From: Eledone cirrhosa
Lineage: Eukaryota
NCBI GenBank assembly: GCA_964016885.1
Contig: OZ024757.1
Span: forward strand, 29,140,001 to 29,204,000
Direction of reading: 5' to 3'
DNA: 64,000 bases
Shown here: piece after piece, positions 32,154 through 46,741 of the stretch
Position numbering within the stretch: position 1 is the stretch's first letter
How the letters are laid out: each line of letters begins with the position of its first letter
The notes under the pieces: generated by a model
Database searches by the model: none
Told to the model about the DNA's origin: nothing
The model's input: the letters and a program-made list of their open reading frames with translations, nothing else
Translations under genes and position numbers: made by a program

Positions 32154-32399
32154 GGCAGACGTTCATGTTTATATGTATGCAGACAGTGTCAGACGATCGA
32201 ACATACAGATTACAGATTTTTTACTATCACATTTGAAGCAATATATCTCAGCGCAAAATGAATTTTATTAGTTATAATAATATCTATTTTAATCTACACA
32301 GTGTCGCCAATAGCAGACATTTCTATTCCATGTAGCATACAATTCTGGAGTCCTGCAACCGATGAATATTCTGATGCCGTTTTGCAGTGCAGTGCTAAC

Positions 32400-34070
32400 T
32401 GTGTATCAGCAATTTATCGAGCTACCCGACAAAGTGAGAATGGGCTGGAGAAGAGCGAGGATCTAAGTTGGGTGAGGTAGAATTTCGTTGTAAAGTTCTT
32501 TCAATTTCTACAGAGCCATTTGGGAAAAATAGTTGAGTGTTGTCATGGAGAAGAATTGATTTTCGGACTAATACTGGCCGTAAACGTCATAGTTCTTTGT
32601 ATAGTGTGTCAATTCCCTGGTTTTGTTAATTTTCAGGTTTTGTTAAGGATTTAAAATTAATAGTGGGTTATTCCACTTACCGACCACCAAACAATGATCC
32701 TGGCTGTTATTTGATCTTGCTTCAGTAGGGGAAAATGATCTTCTGTTTGACCTTTGATCAACAATAGCGTGGAATGATATCGCTTTTGGCATGAAAGTTT
32801 ATATTTCGTCACATCACACACTGGAATCAAGAAATGTATCGGGTTTTGTTGCTTGAAATTTGGTTACATCTCACACTGGTATCAAGAAATCTATCGGGTT
32901 TTGTTGCGTAAAAGACGCGTAAAGCAAGCCTCGAGAAATGATGATTTGAAAACACCACCACATTTATTTATCAAGCTTTCTTGACTTTCCAATAAGAGAT
33001 ATATATTGAAAAAAAAATGACTGAAAGATTAATATTTCCTGTGCATGTCGCCTCTGCAGCTGTTTTGCGTGGATCTGCTTCAATAATTGTTTCTATATTT
33101 GGCACAAGGCCAGCAATTTGAAAGAGAGGGGAAGGTCGATTAAATCGACCCCAGTGTGTAAGGATGAAAGGCAAAGCTAACCTCGGCGGGATTTGACCTC
33201 ATATTTATGTAACTATCAATGGATTTCTAGTCAGTTATGTGAGTTTAATTTGAATAAAATATTTAAATTCTTTTTTAATCTTTAATGATCCCTGTCTCTC
33301 TCATCTCATTCTTTCTTTCTCACTCTTTCTTTTTCTCTCTATCTCTCTCACACTCTCTCTCTCCCAAATTCTACTCACAAGCCTTTACTATAATTGTTTC
33401 TAATTTAAGCACAAGGTCAGCAATTTTTGGTGGAGGGAAAAGTAAATTAAATCAACCCCAGTACGTTACTGGTACTTTATTTTATCAACGACCCAGCAAG
33501 GGTGAAAGGCAAAGCTTAACCTCGGTGGGATTTGAACTCAGACCGTAAAGCGACGTAACTACGTGCAACGCTCTACCGATTCCGCTAATCCACCGTCCTT
33601 AATAATTGTTTCTACTTTTGGCACAAGGCCAGCAATTATCCCAGTGCATTACTGGTACTTTATTTTATCGACCCCGTAATGACGAAAGTCAAAGCTAACC
33701 CCGGCGGGATTTGAACTCAGAACATAAAGGGCAGTAACTCTATGTTAGAAAGCATGGCGTCCAACCCTGTACTGATATTGCCAATCCACCGCCATCCTCA
33801 AATGGCCGTTGTCAATTCCAGAAAGTAGTTCACAACCTTGCTTCGTCTTCAAAGATCTCATCTCCTCTACGAAAAAAATTTGGAACCAATGTTTAGCTCC
33901 ACTCTCGTTTATAGTCCCTTTTTCAAATGCTTGGTTAATGTTGCAAGCAATTTCGATACTTTGTCTTCCATTTTGAACACTTATAATAAAATTACTCGAT
34001 TTTACTTCGTTTTTAATCTTTAATTCGGTATCCAAAAATATACAAGCAGAACAAGTGAAATCTAAACCAT
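32400..34070 (-). pseudogene. Decayed mariner-type transposase interrupted by SINEs
   Basis: Minus-strand remnants: IACNINQAFEKGTINESGAKHWF (HTH, 33800-34035), IGKSRKLDK (~32970-32995), VWW (~32685), ILLHDN (~32540), ILPHP (~32470). Confidence 0.7.
33082..33795 (-). mobile_element. Three SINE family A copies inserted in the mariner (33082-33200, 33390-33598, 33602-33795)
   Basis: Each is the reverse complement of the family A tail/core/B-box. Confidence 0.85.
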
Positions 34071-34345
34071 AACTCTACATCAATAGAGCAAATGAACGCT
34101 TCAAAATACTATATTACAGGAACATAGGTAAATAAATGTTTATTCCAAAATAAGCATCGAATTCAATATAACAAAATGTGCACGTATTTTTATGTATTCA
34201 GATATACAAAGCAAGTAGGAATATTATATTTCTTCCCCTTTGAAGAAGACGAGGGGAAAATACGACAAAATAATAGATTTAGTTTAATATCTTCTGTATA
34301 GTTTCGTTGAAGAAAAAGAAATAAGAGAGAGAAAGATAGAGAAAG

Positions 34346-34394
<49 letters not shown>

Positions 34395-34529
34395 CATATA
34401 TATACATACATACACACATATATACATATAAATGTATATACATTCGTATATACATACAAACATATACACATGCATATATATATATAAACATTCATACATG
34501 CATACACACACGCACATACACACATATAT

Positions 34530-34560
<31 letters not shown>

Positions 34561-34853
34561 AACACATACAATACATATACCTCCCGATATATATCGATGC
34601 ACAGTTGGAAAAATCGATCAAAATCGATAATTAAAAGCCACAATCATCTCATAATTGTGAATCAACGATTATAGTTTTATAATCAGCAGATGAAAAGAAA
34701 AGAAGAAAAAATCTGAATAAAAAAAAAAAGAGAACTAGTGTAAATTGTAAATAATTTCTGTTCTCTTGAGATGATGAAGTAGGGAGTCGTATATTTTAAT
34801 TGCATCAAGATGCTGGGATTGACAATTCTTCTTTCATTTATATATCTAAAATG

Positions 34854-35040
34854 CGGTGGATTGGCAGTATCAGTAGACGGTCGGATGCAATGCTTTGATG
34901 CATAGAGTTATGACCCTTGCCATTCTGAGTTCAAATCCCGCCGAGGTAAACTTTGCCTTTCATCCTTATGAGGTCGATAAAATAAAGTACCAGTAATGCA
35001 CTGAGTAATTGCTGGCCTTGTGCCAAACGTAGAAACAATT
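34854..35040 (+). mobile_element. SINE family A with long TSD
   Basis: Full length; TTATATATCTAAAATG on both sides. Confidence 0.92.
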
Positions 35041-35379
35041 ATATATCTAAAATGTTCACATCAAGTACAAGGCTACTACATACACTCCTCGTGTAAATTT
35101 AATCTCTATTGCATCTGATGAACAAATCAATCCTAGATTCAAGCCGATTGCAACCAATTAAGGCTCAGATCTGGTCGTTTGCAAAACATGTGTTATGCGT
35201 GCTTCTATATAAAATACGTTGATATGAAGCTTTGATCTCTTTCCTAACGTAAAGACTCTGCATCTTTCCTCTTTAACAATCATATATGTCAATGCTAGTT
35301 CACACCTTTCAATAATAAACATCCAATTCACGTATAAGCATTGAATGCTAAAACAGTAATTCATATTACTCACCAACTG

Positions 35380-35447
<68 letters not shown>

Positions 35448-35785
35448 GTTCAAGAAAACAACAAAGGTACAAGTTTTATTAGTTTTGCGTTTTATATGGA
35501 AAAGGGAAAAAGTTCGACGTGTCGAGCTTTCGCCCATCTTCAGTAGTACAAAGGACAAATAGAGAGAGAGAAAGAGGGGGAGAGAGAGAGTGTCTGTGGA
35601 ACTGAGACCGGGGACCCACTAATTATGGGAGTACTCAATGCATGGGGAGAAGTAGCATGGGTGTAAAGATATGTAAAATCCGGACTGCTGGGGGCCACAG
35701 TCGGGATTCTACATATCTATAAAGTACCAGTGATGCACTGGGGTATTCGCTGGCCTTGTGCCAAAAGTAGAAACTCTAATAAAGA

Positions 35786-35817
<32 letters not shown>

Positions 35818-35888
35818 CACACACGCATATATTCTAAATCAAAGGTATGCACCCAGCATGGGCGCAGTGTAATGGCTGAAACCAGTAA

Positions 35889-35921
<33 letters not shown>

Positions 35922-36110
35922 TCCACACACATCCATTCGGTATACAAGGATACAATTCGCTTCTAGCAAATACTCCGTCATCCTTGTTTTTAGGAAGTAA
36001 TATGACATTGAGTGCTAGAATTGAATTGTATCCTTGTATACCGAATGGATGTGTGTGTCTGTATATATATATATATATATATTTTACTGGTTTCAGCCAT
36101 TACACTGCGC

Positions 36111-36159
<49 letters not shown>

Positions 36160-36438
36160 AATAGTTGAAAAGAATCGATAAAATTTCAAAATAAAAGTCA
36201 CGTCATAAGTGAGTATTCTGGACAATATTTATAGATAAGATGAAATTCAAACAATTGTTAAATAAATATATTCTGTTCACTTGAGATGATGGAGCAGGGA
36301 AACATATCTTAATTATGTCTGGATGATGACGTTGACATCTCTTGCTTCCTTTGTATATTTAAAATTCTCACTCAAAGTACATCATCTCTTCACCATCTTC
36401 CCTGGTGTATATGAAATAATGTATATGGTCTAAATATA

Positions 36439-36538
36439 AAAAGTGTCCTCAAAAATATATACACACTTTGATTACTTGTACAACCAATATTTATTAGAAC
36501 GCTCAACCTGTGTGTATACATTTTTTGGCGACAATCTG
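36439..36538. mobile_element. Degenerate Tc1/mariner-type MITE
   Basis: Imperfect TIRs similar to 38415-38492; TA flanks. Confidence 0.5.
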
Positions 36539-37067
36539 TATATATCTTTTTATTCTACAATGCAAAACGTCAGATAAATGTAGTATTTTTTTATAAAACC
36601 GATGAAATCGACCCCACCCAATAAAAAACAAGCAGTATTGTGAAATATAAATATATTCTGTCCACTTTAGATGATAAAGTGGGGAACGTATATTTTAATT
36701 ACGTCTGAATGATGGCTTGACGGCCCTCACTTCAATTGGATACTTAAAATTCTCACATAAAGTACAACACCACTACACACCCTCCACGGTGGAAAGTATG
36801 TTTTATCCTACAGAACATAACTTGAGTGTAATGTAGTATTGGAGAAGGAGGGTGGGTTTAACTTATGTCTTGACAAAGACTGTGACACAGGTGAAACAAC
36901 AGACAGCGAACTGCTTTCATGTTACTACACTACTTAAATAATAATTAAAATTACAAAAACTGACAAAAGAGATGGATAAAATATATTGTAATCGTATGAG
37001 TTCAATTCCAGTCTAATCCGACAATGAGACATGTGGCATACACATACATACATACACACACATTATA

Positions 37068-37254
37068 TTGGATTGGCAGTATCGGTAGAGGGTCGGGCGC
37101 CATGCTTTGACGCATAGAGTTACGACCCTTGCCATTCTGAGTTCAAATCCCGCCGAGGTTAACTTTGCCTTTCATCCTTACGGGGTCGATAAAATAAAGT
37201 ACCAGTAATGCACTGGGTAATTGCTGGTCTTGTTCCTAAAGTAGAAACAATTAT
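37068..37254 (+). mobile_element. SINE family A
   Basis: Near full length. Confidence 0.9.
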
Positions 37255-37527
37255 ACATATAAAAGGCCGTATTTCTATGCTGCAAAGCATGGCGTCCAAC
37301 CCTCAACTGATACTGTCGTGAGTCTGTCACCCTTTCCACGTCCTCCTTCTTTTCTTCAATTGTCTAGTAGTCCCTCCTCTTTTTCTGTATGTTTAACCAA
37401 ATAAAAAATATCTTACACTCTGCAGACCTGTCAACTCTCCCCATCCGACGGGGAGACCTCCCACCTACATTGGGGGTGGGTGACAGATGTCTTCTCTTGT
37501 GAAAATTTGTATAGCTTTCATTATGTA

Positions 37528-37706
37528 TGGCAGTATCGGTAGAGGGTGGGACGCCATGCTTTCTAGCATAGTTACGTCCCTTTACAGTCTGAGTTCAAAT
37601 CCCGCCGAGGTTGACTTTGCCTTTCATCCTTACAGGGTCGATAAAATAAAGTACCAGTAATGTACTGGATAATTGCTGGCCTTGTGCCTAACAGTAGAAA
37701 CAATTA
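37528..37706 (+). mobile_element. SINE family A inserted in the MITE
   Basis: TSD ATTATGTA; the empty site is visible in the second MITE copy (~38101). Confidence 0.9.
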
Positions 37707-37815
37707 TGTAAAATCTCCCCATTTTGCCTCATTTCTCCCCTGTGGGGCACTTCTTTTCATGGTACTCCCCGTTTGGGTTTTTAGAAGTTGGATGTTCAAA
37801 GTTAGCAACGCCAAC

Positions 37816-37962
37816 GATCCTACAAACCGAGCAACCAACCAAACCCCACCTCTAATAAATAAAAGATCCTACAAACCGAGCAACCAACCAAACCCCACCT
37901 CTAATAAATAAAAGATCCTACAAACCGAGCAACCAACCAAACCCCACCTCTAATAAATAAAA
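37816..37962. repeat. 49-bp tandem repeat x3
   Basis: GATCCTACAAACCGAGCAACCAACCAAACCCCACCTCTAATAAATAAAA at 37816, 37865, 37914. Confidence 0.95.
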
Positions 37963-38414
37963 CACACACAGAATGTAAAAGGTGGTGAACTGGCGGAGTT
38001 GTAGCCAGACCTGTCAACTCTCCCCGTCCGACGGGAATATTTCCCACCCACTTAGGGGTGGGTGAGAGATGTCTTCTCTTGTGAAAATGGGTATAGCTTT
38101 CATTATGAAAAATCTCCCCATTTTGCCTCATTCCTCCAGGTTTTGGGGTACCTTTTTTAATCGTACGCCGTTTGAGTTTTTAGAGGTTGGCACGTCTGAC
38201 ACTATATTATATTCTATTCCAGTATTGACTTCTCGATCTTGCGTCAGTCAACATCACAACGTTTTTTTAAAAAAATATTTCCCCTTAAAATTGTAAATAT
38301 ACGTAATTTAAGAATACTCTTTAAAGATATGTCTTACATAGAATTAATTTTCTTTCAAATATAAAAAATATATAATTAAAGAACGTTTTTCGTTTTATTA
38401 GTTTTCCTGAAATA

Positions 38415-38492
38415 CAGGATGTCTCCCAAAAGTGTATACACACTTCAACAGCATTCTGATAAATATGTGCATACATTTTTTGGGACATCTTG
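38415..38492. mobile_element. ~80-bp Tc1/mariner-type MITE
   Basis: TA-CAGGATGTCTCCCAAAAGTGTATACACA ... TGTGCATACATTTTTTGGGACATCTTG-TA. Confidence 0.7.
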
Positions 38493-38682
38493 TATATATT
38501 GCTACATCTAAGGTTTCAATTTTACTGGTTTTCTGTGCACTTATTTTTCGATATTTTAAAATTCTATCATATGAGCGGAGTTTTGATCAGTGCCATTATA
38601 TATTTATGGAAAGTTTCTTGTCAGACATCATGTGGTTAATATATAATTTAACCTCATATTTACATACAGGCACATTCTTACG

Positions 38683-38719
<37 letters not shown>

Positions 38720-38725
38720 TATAAC

Positions 38726-39030
<305 letters not shown>

Positions 39031-39085
39031 TAATATATATATATATATACATACATATATATATATATACATATATATATAACTA

Positions 39086-39123
<38 letters not shown>

Positions 39124-39649
39124 TATATAACTATACATATATATATACATATATATATATACATATATATATAACTATACATATATATATACATATATAT
39201 ATAACTATATTTATATATATATATATACATATATATATAACTATATTTATATATATATATATACATATATATATAACTATATTTATATATATATATATAC
39301 ATATATATATAACTATATTTATATATATATATATATATATATATAACTATATTTATATATATATATATATATATATATAACTATATTTATATATATATAT
39401 ATATATACATACATATATACATACATATATACATACATATATACATACATATATACATACATACATACATACATATATACATACATACATACATACATAT
39501 ATACACATACATACATACATATATACACATACATACATACATACATATATACACATACATACATATATACACATACATACATACATATATACACATACAT
39601 ACATACATACATATATACACATACATACATACATACATACATACATACA

Positions 39650-39677
<28 letters not shown>

Positions 39678-39683
<6 letters not shown>

Positions 39684-39960
39684 AAACAGAGGATGTCTGT
39701 CTGTGTAAATCCCTAAATCTCGAGAAGCACCCGACCGATTCTTTTCAAACTTTACACATGCGTTACTTATATATCTTAAAGTACAATGGGCTCAAAGAAT
39801 TATAACTTTTGTTAACCTAGGCCCTACATTAGGCGAAAAAACGCGCTTTAAAGGCATTTTAAGGCTTATTTTGAGGCGCAACTTAAAGATAATCCAGCCA
39901 ATTTCCTCGAAATTTGCAGCACACATTACTTAGTCCCCTCGCATTGTTGTGGGCAAACAT
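39678..39960 (+). mobile_element. Possible non-autonomous Helitron-like fragment
   Basis: TATATAAAA...GTCTGTCTGTG...CCGACCGATT..TCAAACTTT pattern typical of Helitron-N 5' regions; 3' end not recognised. Confidence 0.4.
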
Positions 39961-40241
39961 TTCCGATTCCATTAATGGCTTAACGCAATTGTCTTTAATG
40001 TGTCGAAAAATCTGAGACCTACAGCAAACAACTGAAGAGGGGAACTGTCTTATGTTTTTGTTTCCCTTACATTTCTAAACAATATATATATATATATATA
40101 ACGAAGGAAATGTGGTAAGGAACCAGATGGACCATAACGCACCAAGGTACTCAATACTTAGGGTAGTAGAGTGGGTAATAGGAACGAGTAGTACCCCTTG
40201 TCGAAACGGCTTGAGCTCAGCCTTTGGGGGTCCTATTCGTT

Positions 40242-40273
<32 letters not shown>

Positions 40274-40279
<6 letters not shown>

Positions 40280-40600
40280 AAAAAAGGAAACGAATGACTT
40301 CACTTGTAGTTTTAAACAATTTGATTTAATTTTATAATATTATGATTTATTAGATCTAGTAAGTTCTTTGTTAACTTCGGTGGGAAGATTTTTAAAGATA
40401 CCTGGTTAACTTTCCTGGAGAACTTTCTCGCATTCGTCGGTGGCGATTGTCAAATCTTCCCAGCGAAGTTAATAATGAACTTACTAGATCTACCAAATCA
40501 TAATATAAAATTAAATCAAATTACTTAAAATTACAAGTGAAGTCATTCTTTTCCTTTTTTCAGATATACTTAACTGTACTAAATATTTCACACAATTTCC
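40274..40600. mobile_element. Fold-back element (Penelope-like remnant)
   Basis: Diverged ~115-bp inverted arms 40274-40390 / 40452-40566 plus tail; TA flanks. Confidence 0.75.
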
Positions 40601-41029
40601 AATATATATATATTAATTAAAATAACAGATTAAAGTTTAAGCAAAGAATCGCTGGTGTCACCCTTAACGGTATTTGATAAATATTTATACATATTTATCC
40701 TTATCGAACCCTCTTTGGATTTTAGTCTTTACATTTATTATTATTACTATATATATATATATATATATATAGTAATAATTGTTTCTACTATTGGCACAAG
40801 GCCAGCAATTACCCAGTACATTACTACCGATACTGCCAAATAGTAATAATAATAAATGTGGTGGGAAAAGAGATAAACATTTTCGTTATATTAGTTAAGA
40901 AAGTTAACAAAGAAAAGATAAGACAAGGAACGTAAACAAAACAAAACGAAAGACAATTCTTTAAGGGGAAACCTTAAAAAATGACTTTAAAAAAATAGTG
41001 ATGATGATTGATTTTAGTAAGGAGGAATC

Positions 41030-41576
41030 GTTGTTGTTGTTGTAGTAGTGGTGGTGGTGGTGGTGCAATGGTGATGGTTGTGGCGTTGGTGGTAATAAGG
41101 ATTATAGTAGTGGTGGAGGTGGTAGTGCAATGGTGATGGTTGTGGCGTTGGTGGTTATAAGGATTATAGTAGTGGTGGAGGTGGTAGTGCAATGGTGATG
41201 GTTGTGGCGTTGGTGGTTATAAGGATTATAGTAGTGGTGGTGGGGGTGGCGGTGGTAGTGCAATGGTGATGGTTGTGGCGTTGGTGGTAATAAGGATTAT
41301 AGTAGTGGTAGTGGTCTTGCTGGTGATGGTTGTGGCGTTGGTGGTAATAAGGATTATAGTAGTGGTGGTGGTGGAGGTGGTAGTGCAATGGTGGAGGTGG
41401 TAGTGCAATGGTGATGGTTGTGGCGTTGGTGGTAATAAGGATTATAGTAGTGGTGGTGGTCTTGCTGGTGATGGTTGTGGCGTTGGTGGTAATAAGGATT
41501 ATAGTAGTGGTGGTGGTCTTGCTAGTGTTGCAATGGTGATGGTTGTGGTGTTGGTGGTAATAAGAATTATAGTAGT
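41030..41576 (-). repeat. Trinucleotide-derived ~60-bp minisatellite (CTACTATAATCCTTATTACCACCAAC...CATTGCACTACC on minus)
   Basis: About 9 units; same family as 48185-49266 in the opposite orientation. Confidence 0.9.
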
Positions 41577-42064
41577 CCCCAAAAATTGCTGGCCTTGTGC
41601 CTATATAAGAAACCAATATTACTCTAGCCAATATATTTGTCAAACTTTAATACACAAGAGCAACGACAATTAAGCAAATCATAGTACATTGAATCGATGT
41701 ACAATGATTTCGTTAATTCTCATGGTGATACAATATTAAAATTCTCCAAATATATCCTCTAACGTAATATTGTAGATATTAATAATGAAATACGAATTAA
41801 TTTATATTTATAAAATTGAGAGTTGAAATTTCAATTAGGAACGCGTGTGTACGTATGTATACATACCTATATATCAATACGTATCAATACATATAGTCAT
41901 GCATATATACATATATATGTAAATATATATATACATATATATATACATATACATGTATATATATATAGTCATGTATACACGTATATAAATATATATATAT
42001 ATATATAGTCATGTATACACGTATATATATATATACATATAGTCATGTATATATACATATACAC

Positions 42065-42101
<37 letters not shown>

Positions 42102-42839
42102 AAGTTGGCTAGTGCTTAGTACTACCCTCTATATTTATAATTATATATAAACCATATATAAGTATAAATATTATTATTATTACTATATATATATATATAT
42201 GTAGTCATGTATATATACATATACATTAGGGTGGCCCTTAGCAATAGTCAATTTACTATTTTTGCATACCATTTATAAACTTTTGGAAGGCATTTGATTA
42301 CAATTTTCTATTCGAAGATTTGAACTTGTTGATAAAAGCTTATGGCTTAAAACCAGTTTTATTGATTTTATTCTCTTCAGCGCCGTTGACGAGATAACTG
42401 GTCCTAACATATTTGGACTCTTTTCCAACAGTTCAGAACTTCAAAGCTAGATGGTGTTACTAGTTTATTAATGTAACGTTTGCCAATCATTCAAAATAAT
42501 AAAAGAAAACCCGGCACAATAACCGTTAATGTGTAAAATATCCGCGGCAGTCAAGAGGTTAAATAAACAGGGACATGACGAAAAAAAAGAAAACAAAATG
42601 ATGAAAGTGGACGTGTGAATCGTCCCATACAAAATAAAAATAGATTGCAAAAAAATATGGTCAAAGTTCCAAAATAACAATTGGACAGTAAGATTCCAAG
42701 ATTCCTTAGTTATTTCCTGTGTGAAAATCAATTAGGTACAATGCCAAAAAAATCTGAACATTCTAGAATTTAAATCACCAGGGACAGAACAGAAAAATGT
42801 TATCTAATAAACAAGAATAACGTAAATATATATATGTCG

Positions 42840-42871
<32 letters not shown>

Positions 42872-42873
42872 CT

Positions 42874-42909
<36 letters not shown>

Positions 42910-43095
42910 TATATTATATATATATATATATCTTATATTATATATATGTATATATAAATACTTATATACTGTATATCGTATATTATATATATATATATAT
43001 ATATCTTATATTATATATATGTATATATAAATACTTATACATATCGTATATTATATAATATATATATATATATATATAATATTACATAATATATG

Positions 43096-43127
<32 letters not shown>

Positions 43128-43197
43128 TATATAATATATGACATATATATATATTATATAATATAATATAATATATATATATGTAACAGACACAGAA

Positions 43198-43232
<35 letters not shown>

Positions 43233-43564
43233 CATACATATATTCATAGATATACATATATACATATATATATATATATATTTCATAAAAGCTGCTTAAG
43301 TGTATCAATGTGTGAAATTAGAGATACGTCACGTGATATTGATCCTCATTGCATTTACCTGTTTTACTATCTGTGGAGAATATTTGTAACTATCACACTT
43401 CAAAATCTGATAAGGTGATACGTCCAGATAGAGCACACACATATACATACATACATATATATTTATATATATATACACGCATACACATATGCATACATAC
43501 TTATATATAAATTATATATATATATATATACACAAACACACATATAAACACAGACACATATATA

Positions 43565-43602
<38 letters not shown>

Positions 43603-43611
43603 CATATATAA

Positions 43612-43676
<65 letters not shown>

Positions 43677-43887
43677 TATAAACACACACACACATATATA
43701 CGTATATATACAAACACACACACACATATACACACACACACCCATATATATACACACACACAAATATCTATATACACACACCCACATATATATACACCCA
43801 CACACACACATATATATATACACGCACACACACATATATATACACACTCACACATATATATATACACACACACAATATATATATATA

Positions 43888-44045
43888 CCAACCCTACTAC
43901 GATCTACAAAGTGACCAATGAGAATCAACACTATTCCTGCTGACAGCATTACATTATTCCTAACAAGCTCATATGTCCCAAGGCTCTGATACCATCAACA
44001 CTATAAACACAGAGCTGGCATATCTAAGAACTGACTAACTGCCTG
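43888..44045 (+). mobile_element. Penelope-like pLTR fragment truncated inside the hammerhead core
   Basis: 43972-44045 is the reverse complement of 3212-3285 and stops at ACTGC-CTG where a SINE begins. Confidence 0.65.
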
Positions 44046-44378
44046 TTACGATCTTAGTTCAAATCCCACCGAGGTTAACTTTGCCTTTCATCCTTGCGGA
44101 GTCGATAAAATAAAGTACCAGTAATGTACTGGGGTAATTTGCTGACATTGTTCCAAAACTAGAAACATTTATTACAAGATACAAAGGGCGGTGGATTGGC
44201 AGTATCGGTAGAGGGTCGGGTGCCATGCTTGGCAGCATAGAGTTATGGCCCTTTGTGGTCTAAGTTCAAAACCCGCCGAGGTTAACTTTACCTTTCACCC
44301 TTACGGGAGTCTACAAAATAAAATACCAGTAATAAACTGGTTAATTGCTGGCCTTGTGCCAAAAGTAGAAACAATTAT
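44046..44378 (+). mobile_element. Two SINE family A copies (44046-44172, 44186-44378)
   Basis: B-box, core and tail; the second is full length. Confidence 0.88.
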
Positions 44379-44883
44379 CATTATCAACATTCTTAACACC
44401 CTTCATGTTTTTTTTCTTTATTTCGTTCCACAAAATACTTTTTTGTGCATTTGTTGTAGTTGTTATTGTTGGTGTTGTTGGTATAATTTTTTGTTTTATT
44501 TTATTTTATTTTATTTATTTTATTTTATTTGTTTTTTTTTCTATCAATATCGATCATCGTTCGATATCTTTGATTTGAGTTTTAATGTCTTGTTTACTCT
44601 TGTGTGAAACATCCTATAATTCTATTTGACTTTAAATAAGACTTACCTCACTCTCTGTGTGTTCATATATATATATATATATATATATACAAATATATAT
44701 AGTCATACATATATATATATAGTCATACATATATACATATACATACATATAGTCATATATATACATACATATATATATATATATATATACATACATATAT
44801 GTATAGTCATACATATATATATATAGTCATACATATATATATATATATATATAGTCATACATATATACATATATATACATACA

Positions 44884-44941
<58 letters not shown>

Positions 44942-45074
44942 CATATATACATATACATATATATGCATACATATATACATATACACAGTCATACATACAT
45001 ATATATATATATACATATATATATACATATACATATATATGCATACATATATACATATACATAGTCATACATAC

Positions 45075-45107
<33 letters not shown>

Positions 45108-45187
45108 CATATATACATATATATATGCATACATATATACATATATATATATATATGCATACATATATACATATATATATATATATG

Positions 45188-45218
<31 letters not shown>

Positions 45219-45249
45219 GCATACATATATACATATACATATATATATG

Positions 45250-45280
<31 letters not shown>

Positions 45281-45402
45281 GCATACATATATACATATAC
45301 ATATATATATATGCATACATATATACATATACATATATATAGTCATACATATATACATATACATAGTCATACATATATACATATATATACATATAGTCAT
45401 AC

Positions 45403-45437
<35 letters not shown>

Positions 45438-45450
45438 CATATAGTCATAC

Positions 45451-45587
<137 letters not shown>

Positions 45588-45632
45588 CATACATATATAC
45601 ATATATATATATAAGCATACATATATACATAT

Positions 45633-45844
<212 letters not shown>

Positions 45845-45940
45845 ATACATATATATACATATACATATATATATATACATATATATACATATTATATATA
45901 TATATACATATACATATATATGCATATACATATACATATA

Positions 45941-45971
<31 letters not shown>

Positions 45972-46219
45972 ATATACATATATATATATATACATATATA
46001 TATACATATAGATACATATACATATATATATATATACATATACATATACATACATATATATATACATATACATACATATATACATATACATATATATACA
46101 TATATACATATACATACACACATATATATATATATGTACATTACATACACGCACATATATATATATATATGTACACACACACACATATGTACACATACAC
46201 ACACATGTACACACACGTG

Positions 46220-46266
<47 letters not shown>

Positions 46267-46573
46267 GTGTGTGTCTGTATATATTAGAGAGAGTAGAGAG
46301 GTAGAGAAAGAATACCACAGAGGAAAGCAAGAAAGTGATTCGTAGAAGGAGAAGTGACATATGAGAGAAAGAGAGGCAAGGGATTTAAATAGCGAGGTAA
46401 CATTTAAAATCTAACATATTTTGACAAATATCGTGAAGTTCAGTTCGACATGTCAGATATGTTGATGTTCAAAGTTAATGTATCCTCAATTTTAGTAAGT
46501 AGTCATTTCCATCAACTGAATGTCCGACTGATGTCAGTGGTTAAATATTGAATATTCCACAGGGATACCTACC

Positions 46574-46741
46574 TAGGGCCCATGAGAGGAGGTGGGGTCC
46601 AGCCGGTACTTTGTTCCGGGGTCCAAGAACTAAAAGGGCCCCACAGCAACCATGAACCATCGGTTTAGAGAACAATCTTTGCCTGCTTTAGGACCAAAAC
46701 GGTTCTTGTACTGCGTTGCAAAACTTCTATTGGAGGCCCTG
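46574..46741. mobile_element. hAT-like MITE inserted in a short tandem repeat
   Basis: Ends TAGGGCC / GGCCCTG; imperfect 8-bp flanks TACCTACC / TGTCTACC; host repeat TTAAATATTGAATATTTCCACAG..TGTCTACC x3 (46534-46860). Confidence 0.55.

Larger units (their letters stand above)
37423..38198. mobile_element. Two tandem copies of a ~195-bp hAT-like MITE (37423-~37797 with SINE insert; 38006-38198)
   Basis: Both start CAGACCTGTCAAC; the second ends GTTGGCACGTCTG (inverted); internal sequences align. Confidence 0.65.

Noticed and set aside
35510-35545. Additional CTGANGA motifs (35535 minus, 40032, 53165, 61374, 25823)
   Set aside because: They lack a correctly placed GAAA/NUH or stem I; at best decayed hammerheads
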